Shown: one piece after another, positions 54,832 through 64,000 of the stretch
Layout of the letters: the number at the start of each line of letters is the position of its first letter
Position numbering within the stretch: position 1 is the first letter of the stretch
NCBI RefSeq assembly: GCF_036365525.1
Contig: NC_090380.1
Coordinates: 17,856,001-17,920,000 of the forward strand
Length of the DNA stretch: 64,000 nt
Reading direction: 5' to 3'
Origin: Heterodontus francisci
Lineage: Eukaryota
Position numbers and translations under genes: made by a program
Notes under the pieces: generated by a model
Database searches by the model: none
The model's input: only the letters and a program-made list of their open reading frames with translations
Told to the model about the DNA's origin: nothing

Positions 54832-55860
54832 CTTCACAGTGTTCAATGTATTTGAATGGTAAGTCAAACAGCAATATGAAGCTAACGGCGCAGCAGTGCA
54901 ACTCAGACGTCAACTTTCAGATTTTCACATTTAACTGCACTTCTGCTGTTGCCAGAAGTTTCTGTGCATGTAAATAACAGCGGGTGCCATTAACCTTATG
55001 ATTATTTTGACTGTTTTACCCAATATGTGATAAGCATCTAGTGCATGGCTACATTTTAGCTGACAGTAATACCAGAATGCAGGTACAGTCTTCCTTATTC
55101 CTTCAATGTAGTTCAGCCTTATTGTACAAACAAACAGGCTAAAGGGAGGTATCCTGAGGCCCAATTCTTTTAAGAATTTTACCACTGCACAATAATTCTG
55201 CAATCCATGGGAACTCACCAATACCTCCACCCAATGCAAATTAAGGCTTGCTCTGGATTTCCACCTCACTTTTCTTGAAGAGGCCAAATAAATACAACAA
55301 AGCTACTATTCGTTCACACAATGACAGGCTCCCAAGTTGTCCAGGTCTGTAGACAATTAAGGGGATGAAGAAAGTGAATTGTTTCATGGTGTTTGAAACA
55401 CATTTAGAGAATGATGAAGATTCTACCATAGGTAGCAACCTACTTTGTCTCAATTATTCTACCTCTAAACACCAAAGAGTTATATCCAAGCATAAAGTTT
55501 CCATATTTGGCATGTTGGCAGAAAAACAAAACGAATGGGGATTGTTTTCAAGGTGCAGAACTTAAAGGTCATACAGCAAAATGGGATCAAATGGATCCAA
55601 TACGAATTTAAAATGTCCAGGATTTGGGTTCCAGGAAAGTACAATGAACTGAGTAGAAAGGTAAATTTTGCATCAGATATTCCTGAGTTTCTCATCAGTG
55701 GAGGATGCCAAGCCACAATGTATACCATATGGACCCTTTAAAATATGGATGATAAACCCAAAGAAAGCAAAGATCGACAATGAGGTATAAGTGAGGTATC
55801 ACACTCCAAAAGAAGACAAACTCTGTTCATTCAGCATTGCATGTTTTTGAAGCACATATT

Positions 55861-56850
55861 CTTTCTTTTTTTTTTTTTTTTGGGCCTCCTTATCTCGAGA
55901 GACAATGGATACGCGCCTGGAGGTGGTCAGTGGTTTGTGAAGCAGCGCCTGGAGTGGCTATAAAGGCCAATTCTGGAGTGACAGGCTCTTCCACAGGTGC
56001 TGCAGAGAAATTTGTTTGTTGGGGCTGTTGCACAGTTGGCTCTCCCCTTGCGCCTCTGTCTTTTTTCCTGCCAACTACTAAGTCTCTTCGACTCGCCACA
56101 ATTTAGCCCTGTCTTTATGGCTGCCCGCCAGCTCTGGCGAATGCTGGCAACTGACTCCCACGACTTGTGATCAATGTCACACGATTTCATGTCGCGTTTG
56201 CAGACGTCTTTATAACGGAGACATGGACGGCCGGTGGGTCTGATACCAGTGGCGAGCTCGCTGTACAATGTGTCTTTGGGGATCCTGCCATCTTCCATGC
56301 GGCTCACATGGCCAAGCCATCTCAAGCGCCGCTGACTCAGTAGTGTGCATAAGCTGGGGATGTTGGCCGCTTCAAGGACTTCTGTGTTGGAGATATAGTC
56401 CTGCCACCTGATGCCAAGTATTCTCCGAAGGCAGCGAAGATGGAATGAATTGAGACGTCGCTCTTGGCTGGCATACGTTGTCCAGGCCTCGCTGCCGTAG
56501 AGCAAGGTACTGAGGACACAGGCCTGATACACTCGGACTTTTGTGTTCCGTGTCAGTGCGCCATTTTCCCACACTCTCTTGGCCAGTCTGAACATAGCAG
56601 TGGAAGCCTTACCCATGCGCTTGTTGATTTCTGCATCTAGAGACAGGTTACTGGTGATAGTTGAGCCTAGGTAGGTGAACTCTTGAACCACTTCCAGAGC
56701 GTGGTCGCCAATATTGATGGATGGAGCATTTCTGACATCCTGCCCCATGATGTTCGTTTTCTTGAGGCTGATGGTTAGGCCAAATTCATTGCAGGCAGAC
56801 GCAAACCTGTCGATGAGACTCTGCAGGCATTCTTCAGTGTGAGATGTTAA
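55861..56850 (-). mobile_element. RTE-clade LINE, 5'-truncated, intact reading frame
   Basis: FGLTISLKKT..FTYLGS..TKVRVYQACVLSTLLYGSEAW..RLRWLGHVSRMEDGRIPK..CSTCGRACHSRIGLYSH; A-rich tail. Confidence 0.9.
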
Positions 56851-56974
56851 ATGGAAATGATTGCCACTGAAAAGGCTGAGTGGGACGATGTGTAACTTGA
56901 ACATTTTTTTCTCAATCAATGAAGGTCTTGTTTGAAGATTATAAAGAGAAAAGAAAAATTGTTTTAATTTTTTT

Positions 56975-57825
56975 TTATTCATTCTTGGGATGTCAGCAGC
57001 ACTGACCAGGCCAGCATTTATTGCCCATCCCTAATTGCTCTTGAGAAGGTGGTGGTGAGCCGCCTTCTGGAACCACAGCAATCCATGTGAGGTAGGTACA
57101 ACCGCAGTGCTGTAGGGAAGGAGTTCTATGATTTTGACCCAGCAACAGTGAAGGAACAGCAATAGTGTGTGGCTTGGAGGGGAACTTGCAGGTGGCAGTG
57201 TTCCAACACATCTGGTGCCCTTGTCCTACTAGGTGGTAGAGCTCACGGGTTTGGAAGGTTGCTGCAGTGCATCTTGTATATGGTACACACTTGCTGCCAC
57301 TCTTCACCGGTGGTGGAGGGAATGAATGTTTTAAGGTGGTGGATGGGGTGCCAATCAACCAGGCTGCTTTCTCCTGGATGGCATTGAGCTTCTTGAGTGT
57401 TGTTGGAACTGCACTCATCCAGGCAAGTGGAGAGTATTCCATCACTCTCCTGACATGAGCCTTCTAGATGGTGGACAGGCTTTGGGGAGTCAGGTGGCAA
57501 GTTACTCGCTACAAAATTCCCAGCCTCGGACTTGCTCTTGTCGCCACAGTATTTAGATGGCTAGTCCAGTTAAGTGTTTCCTCTCAATGGTAACCCCCAG
57601 GATGTTGATGGTGGTTGATTCAGTGATGGTAATGCCATTGAACGTCATGTGGAGGTGGTTAGATTCTCTCTTGTTGGAGATGGTCATTGCCTGGCAGCTG
57701 TGTGGCACGAATGTCATTTGCCGCTTTTCAGCCCAAGCCTGAATGTTGTCTAGGTCTTGCTGCATGCGGGCATGGGCTGCTTCAGTACCTGAGGGGTTGT
57801 GAATGGGACTGAATACTGTGCAGTC
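56975..57825 (-). mobile_element. CR1-clade LINE 3' fragment (second family, partner of the 890/37600 SINEs)
   Basis: QQDLDNIQAWAEKRQMTF and MEYSPLAWMSAVPTTLKKLNAIQEKAAWLIG; tail gcaattagggatgggcaataaatgctggcc on the minus strand. Confidence 0.85.
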
Positions 57826-57919
57826 AAACTAAATAGGTTAAAAATAGTGAACACTAAGGCAGAGTATTGTTGTAAAACAGGACTTAAAATAACCTGACAA
57901 TGCTAAAACTTGTAATTGA

Positions 57920-58606
57920 ACTTCTTTTTTCTTTGGCCTCCTTGTCTCGGGAGACAATGGGTAAGCGCCTGGAGATGGTCAGTGGTTTGTGGAGCAGCGC
58001 CTGGAGTGGCTATAAAGGCCAACACTAGAGTGACAGACTCTTCCACAGGTGCTGCAGATAATATTGGTTGTCAGGGCTGTTTCGCAGTTGGCTCTCCCCT
58101 TGCACTTCTGTCTTTTTTCCTGCCAACTGCTAAGTCTCTTCGACTCGCCACACTTTAGCCCCACCTTTATGGCTGCCCGCCAGCTCTGGCAATCGCTGGC
58201 AACTGACTCCCACGACTTGTGATCAATGTCACAGGACTTCATGTCGTGTTTGTAGACGTCTTTAAAGCGGAGACATGGACGGCCGGTGGGTCTGATACCA
58301 GTGGCGTGCTCGCTGTACAATGTGTCCTTGGGGATCCTGCCATCTTCCATGCGGCTCACATGGCCAAGCCATCTCAAGCGCTGCTGACTCAGTAGGGTGT
58401 ATATGCTGGGGATGTTGGCCGCCTCGTGGACTTCTGTGTTGGAGATACAGTCCTGCCACCTGATGCCAAGGATTCTCTGGAAGCAGCGAAGATGGAATGA
58501 ATTGAGACGTCGCTCTTGGCTGACGTACGTTGTCCAGGCCTCGCTGCCATAGAGCAAGGTACTGAGGACACAGGCTTGATACATGCGGACTTTTGTGTTC
58601 CGTGTC
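57920..58606 (-). mobile_element. RTE-clade LINE, second, shorter copy
   Basis: ORF 57979-58584 is closely similar to 55927-56560. Confidence 0.9.
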
Positions 58607-58639
58607 TATTTGAGGTATAAACTATAAGAAATGACCGAA

Positions 58640-58915
58640 AGTAAGGACTTGCATTTATATGGTGCCTTTCATGATTTCAGGAGGTTCCAAAGTGTTTTAC
58701 AGCCAATTAATTACTCCTGAAGTGTAGTCACTCTTGTACGAAACATGGCACCCAATTTGCATGCAGCAAGATCACACAAACAGCAATGAGATAATGACCG
58801 GATCATCTTTTGTAGTGGCCAGGACACCAGGGAGATCTCCCTGCTTTTCTTCAAAGTAGTTCCATGAGATCTTTTACATCCACCTGAGTGTGAAGACAGA
58901 GCCTTTGTTTGGAAT
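58640..58915 (-). mobile_element. Deu-domain SINE 3' part
   Basis: gacttgcatttatatggtgcc tail; caaagtagttccatgagatcttttacatccacctgag core. Confidence 0.8.
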
Positions 58916-59249
58916 ATTGTGTTTACTATTGGCCCCTTCACATCATGGGGAATATAGAAGCTGTGGAAAAAGTCTAAAGAGGGACCATAAGTATGATTCC
59001 CAGCTTAAAAGATTTCAGTTAGTCAGAAGGGCTGGATCTATTTCATTTTCGAAATGCGTAGATTTCAGGGCGATTTGACAGGTATACAAAATTATTAAAG
59101 GGCTTGATTGTGTTCCCCTTGAGAGGTTATTTCAACTACATAGGTTGAGGAAGACCAGGGATCATACATATAAGCTATGCGTTGGTAGGGCGAGATTAAA
59201 TTTTAGATGGTTCTTCTTTAATTAGATGACAGTAGACCTACAGAATGGG

Positions 59250-60240
59250 GTCATAGAGTCATTATGGCATAGTAGGAGGCCATTTGGTCCATCGAGTCCA
59301 TGTTGGCTCTCTGTAGAGCAATCCAGTCAGTCCCATTGCCCCACTCTATCCCCGTAGCCCTGCAAGTTTATTTCCATCAAGTGCCCATCCAATTTCCTTT
59401 TGAAAACATTTATTGTCTCCACTTCCACCACCTTCACTGGCACTGAATTCCAGGTCAGCTGTGTAAAAAAGTTCTTCCTCACATCCCCCCTGCATCTCTT
59501 GCCCAAAACTTTAAATCTCTGTCCCCTAGTCCTTGTACCATCAACTAATGGGAACAGCTTTCCTTTATCTACCTTATCTAAACCTGTCATAATCATGTAC
59601 ACCTCTACCGAATCTCCTCTCAATCTCATCTGGTCCAAGAAAAACACCCCCAGCATCTCCGAACTAGCCTTGTAGCTAAAATCCCTTGTCCATTGGAACT
59701 ATTCTGGTAAATCTCCTCAGGACTCTCTCAAGGACCCTCACATCCTTCCTAAAATGTGCTGACCAGAACGGGACACAATACCTTAGTTGTGGCCTAACCA
59801 GAGCTTTATAAAGGTTCAACATAACTTCCCTGCTTTTGTACTCAATACTTCTATTTATGAATCCCAAGATCTGATATGCTTTGCTAACTATTCTCTCAAC
59901 ATGTCCTGCCACCTTCAAAGATCTATGCACATGAACCCACCGGTCCCTCTGTCCCTGTACACTCTTTAGGACTGTGCCATTAAGTCTCTATTGCCTCTCC
60001 CCATCCCTTCTGCCAAAATGCATCGCCTCACACTTCCCTGTATTAAATTCCATCTACAACCTGTCTTCCCATTCTGCTAGCCTAGCTATGTCCTGTTGCA
60101 GTTAATTGATATAATCCTCACAGTCTGCCACACCTCCAAGTTTGTTAGCATCTGCAAATTTTGTAATTTTACTCTGTATTTTAATATCTAAGTCATCTAT
60201 ATATATATAAATATTAAAAAAAGAAATGGTGCTAGCACTG
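59250..60240 (-). mobile_element. CR1 3' fragment
   Basis: ORFs 59327-59656 and 59676-59930 with CR1 RT C-terminal motifs; (catagagt) tail. Confidence 0.9.
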
Positions 60241-60289
60241 CAAGAGAGGAGAGGAATTTCATATATTGTTTCCCTCTGATTGGCCTTGT

Positions 60290-62085
60290 TATAGAGTCAT
60301 CGAGTTATAGAGTTATACAGCACAGAAACAGGCCCTTCGGCCCATCATGTCTGTGCCGGTCATCCAACACCTATCTATTCTAATCCCATTTTCCAGCACT
60401 TGGCCCGTAGCTTGTATGCTATGGCATTTCAAGTGCTCATTGAAATACTTCTTAAATGTTGTGAGGGTTCCTGTCTCCACCATCCCTTCAGGCAGTGCGT
60501 TCCAGATTCCAACCACCCTCTGGGTGAAAACATTTTCCCTCAAATCCCCTCTAAACCTCCTGCTCCTTACCTTAAATCTATGCCCCCTGGTTATTGACCC
60601 CTCTGCTAAAGGAAAAATTTTCTTCCTATCTATCCTATCAAAGCCGCTACTAATTTTGTGTACCTCAATCAGGTGTCCCCTCAGCCTTCTCTACTCTAAG
60701 GAAAATGACCCTAGCCTATCCAGTCTCTCTTCATAGCTGAAATGCTCCAGCCAGGCAACACCCTGGTGAATGTCCTCTGTACCCTCTCCAGTGCAATCAC
60801 ATCCTTCCTATAGTGTTGTGACCAGAACTGTACACAGTACTCCAGCTGTGGCCTAACTAGCGTTTTATATTGCTCTATCATTACCTCCCTGCTCTTATAT
60901 TCTATGCCTTGGCTAATAAAGGCAAGTATCCCATATGCCTTCCTAACCACCTTATCTACCTGTGCTGTTGCCTTCAGTAATCTATGGACAAGTACACCAA
61001 GGTCCCTCTGATTCTCTGTACTTCCTAGGATCCTACCATCCATTGTATATTCCCTTGCCTTGTTAGTCTTCCCAAAATGCATCACCTCACTTCTCGGGAT
61101 TAAATTCCATTTGCCACCTCACTATTTACGACACCACCAAATTTTCGTGTTATCTGTGAATTTGCTGATCAGCCCTCCTATATTCTCATCTAAATCATTA
61201 ATGTACACTACAAATAGCAAGGGTCACAGCACCGATCCCTGCGGTACACCACTGGTCACAGGCTTCCACTTGCAAAAACAATCCTCGACCATCACCCTCT
61301 GCCTCCTATCACTAAGCCAATTTTGGATCAAATTTGCCAAATTGCCCTGGATCACTGGATCTTAACCAATCTCCCATGCGGGACCTTATCAAAAGCCTTA
61401 TTGAAGTCCATGTAGACTACATTAACTGCTTTACCCTCATCTACACATCTAGTCACCGCCTCGAAAAATTCAATCACGTTTGTTAGACACGATCTCCCCT
61501 TGACAAAGTCATGCTGACTGTCCCTGATTAATCCCTGCCTCTCCAAGTGGAGATTAATCCTGTCCCTCAGAATTTTTTTCCAATAGTTTCTCTACCACTG
61601 ATGTAAGACTGTAATTACCTGGTTTATCCCTGCTACCCTTCTTGAATAATGGTACCACATTCGCTGTCCTCCAGTCCTCTGGTACCTCACCTGTGACCAG
61701 AGAGGATTTGAAAATGTGTGTCAGCCCCTGCTATCTCCTCCCTTGCATCACATAACAGCCTGGGATACATCTCATCCGGACCTGGGGATTTATCCACTTT
61801 TAAGCCCGCTAAAACAGCTAATATTTCCTCCCTTTCAATGCTAGTATGTTCAAGTATATCACAATCCCCCTCCCTGATCTCTACACCTACATCATCCTTC
61901 TCCATAATGAACACAGATGAAATGTAATCATTTAAAACCTCACCTATGTCCTCCGGCTCCATGCACAGATAGCCACGTTGGTCCCTAATGGGCCCTGCTC
62001 TTTCCCTGGTTATCCTCTTGCCCTTAATAAACTTATAAAATGCCTGGGATTTTCCTTTATCTTGCCCGCCAGTGTTTTTTTCTGG
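60290..62085 (-). mobile_element. CR1 (HER1-like) fragment; its 3' UTR is shared with the HE1 SINEs
   Basis: [39 protein letters not shown]. The 3' end acagcacagaaacaggcccttcggccc matches the HE1 tail at about 32490. Confidence 0.9.
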
Positions 62086-62124
62086 TTTCTTGTCTCTCCT
62101 GGAAGATTACATGAGATTACATGA

Positions 62125-63430
62125 CTGATGGTGGGTAGATGCATTTGCGTTCTGGTGGGTATGGGAAGTGGCGGACGTGGATTCTAGTAGGTTTGGGAGC
62201 TGGTAGGTATGGGAGCTGGGGGATATGGGAGCTGGTGGATATGTGTTCTGGGAGTGTGGGTTCTGGAGGTTATGGTTTCCGGTGGATATGTGTTCTGGTG
62301 GGTATGGGAGCTGGTGGGTATGGGTTCTGGGAAATATGGGTGCTGGAGGGTATGTTTTTTGGTAGGTATGATTTCTGGTGGATATGGGAGCTGGTGAGTA
62401 TAGTTCTGGTTGGCATGGGAGCTGGTGGATATAAGAACTGGTGGGTAAGGAATCTGGTGGGTATGAGTTCTGGGGGGTATAGGGACTCATGGGTCTGGGA
62501 GCTGGTGGGTATCAGTTCAGGTGGGTATGAGTTCTGGTGGGTATGGGAGCTGGTGCATATAGGGAATGGCTGGTCTGGGAGCTGGTGGGTATAGGGACTG
62601 GTGGGTATGGGAGCTGGTGGGTATAGAGACTTGTGGATAAGGAGCTGGTGGGTATGAATTCTGGGGGGTATAGGGACTCGTGGGTCTGGGAGTTAGTGGG
62701 TATCGGTTCAGGTGGGTATGAGTTCTGGTGGGTATGGGAGCTGGTGGGTATAGGTACTGGTAGGCATGGTACAGGTGGTCATGGGAGAAGGTGGGTATGG
62801 GAGCTGGTGAATACAGGGACTGGTGGGTATGGGAGATGGTGGGTATAGGGACTGGTGGGTATAGGGACTGGTGCGTATGGGAGTTGGTGGGTATAGGGAC
62901 TGATGGGTATAGGGACTGGTGGGTATAGGGACTGGTGGGTATAGGGACTGGTGGGTATGGGAGTTGGTGGGTATAGGGACTGATGGGTATAGGGACTGGT
63001 GGGTATGGGAGTTGGTGGGTATAGGGACTGGTGGGTATAGGGACTGGTGGGTTTGGGAGATGGTGGGTATAGGGACTGGTGGGTATAGGGACTGGTGGGT
63101 ATGGGAGTTGGTGGGTATAGGGACTGGTGGGTATGGGAGATGGTGGGTATAGGGACTGGTGGGTATGGGAGATGGTGGGTATAGGGACTGGTGGGTATGG
63201 GAGATGGTGGGTATAGGGACTGGTGGGTATGGGAGATGATGGGTATAGGGACTAGTGGGTATAGCGACTGGTGGGTATGCGAGATGGTGGGTATAGGGAC
63301 TGGTGGGTATGTGAGATGATGGGTATAGAGACTGGTGGGTATAGGGACTGGTGGGTATGGGAGTTGGTGGGTATGGGGATTGGTCGGTATGGGAGTTGGT
63401 GGGTATAGGGATTGGTGGATATGGGCATCT
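62125..63430. repeat. G-rich 16-bp minisatellite, about 80 units
   Basis: Interspersed variants GGTGGGTATAGGGACT and GGTGGGTATGGGAG(A/T/C)T. Confidence 0.95.
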
Positions 63431-64000
63431 CATCATGATGCTCCATGGGCCACAATGATTTTTTTAAGTTTGTAATTAATATCATGGATCTATGCTGAAT
63501 TAATTATGAAGATCGTCCGAGACATTTTAATGGAGACCTTCTCTCCACATTAATGTGTACACACTCACTTTCCCCTCCAGGTATCAAGGAAGTGAAACAA
63601 CACCGATCTCTCCAATTTTCTTTTGCCCACTGGATGGGTTGCATCACCTGAGTTACCTTTTCCATGCGCTGATGCATACAGAGACTGTGGAGGTTCCTTT
63701 TGTTCTAGCATAATGTGTGGAAAACCTAGAAGCCGATGTACGCTGTCAATGTTGCACCCTGCACTGTTGCAGGCCAGGGATTGGACAACCTCCAACTTGC
63801 AGATTCTGAGATACAGACTGTGTTGGAGAACCTGGAGCCCACCACATGGGTTACCAGTGGTTCATGGATGAAGTGACATGGATGATGTTCCTGACTGTAG
63901 TTGCAATTTCATGGGGCCAATTCCCTCGGAGGTCCTGAGGGCGGGTCTTGGAGAAAGACTGCCGTCTTCAATAAGAGAATGTTTGGCAAAGGTGAGAGAT

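Noticed and set aside
55357-55741. TTAA-flanked Kolobok/piggyBac-like element
   Set aside because: TTAA occurs on both sides, but the terminal inverted match is only 3-4 bp, which is too weak to support.
55927-56982. 351-aa ORF as a host gene
   Set aside because: It is a truncated RTE ORF. The first ~44 aa derive from flanking AT-rich DNA.
62125-63430. CRISPR-like or telomeric array
   Set aside because: No unique spacers, no cas genes, eukaryotic context, and the unit is not TTAGGG.
62708-63436. 242-aa Pro/Tyr/His/Thr-rich ORF resembling extensin or adhesive proteins
   Set aside because: It is the C-rich strand of the 16-bp minisatellite, which rarely contains stops. The 16-aa period is simply 3 x 16 bp. 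No signal peptide or gene context.
36500-64000. A second host gene downstream of NUFIP1
   Set aside because: I found no ORF with recognisable non-transposon homology and no consistent exon chain. Small exons of a long gene cannot be excluded by eye.

Overview
Vertebrate genomic DNA, very likely from a shark or ray (elasmobranch): the repeats are HE1-type V-SINEs, Deu-domain SINEs, and CR1, L2, RTE and Penelope fragments. One host gene can be built by hand: NUFIP1 on the + strand, 10 coding exons from 130 to 36263. All introns are GT-AG with consistent phases, and the CDS is 1659 nt (552 aa). It starts in a CpG island at the window edge and has an overlapping double AATAAA at 36398-36407. The rest is introns or gene-free DNA packed with transposons, including a decayed full-length CR1 nested in a solo LTR, five solo LTRs, Harbinger-type and hAT-type MITEs, two RTE 3' ends and a 1.3-kb G-rich 16-bp minisatellite. 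Most short ORFs in the track are spurious or repeat-derived. The best leads are: Penelope-derived mini-elements with hammerhead-ribozyme-like cores inside NUFIP1 introns; a solo LTR with an inverted interior that carries a CpG-rich CTCF/YY1/CRE cassette; an Arg-to-Cys change in the SNU13-binding PEP motif; an overlapping uORF; a ~100-aa C-terminal extension; and LF-SINE-like relics. I see no clear evidence of a wholly new multi-gene system. Family names come from recall, not database searches, and repeat boundaries are approximate unless a TSD or TIR is quoted.
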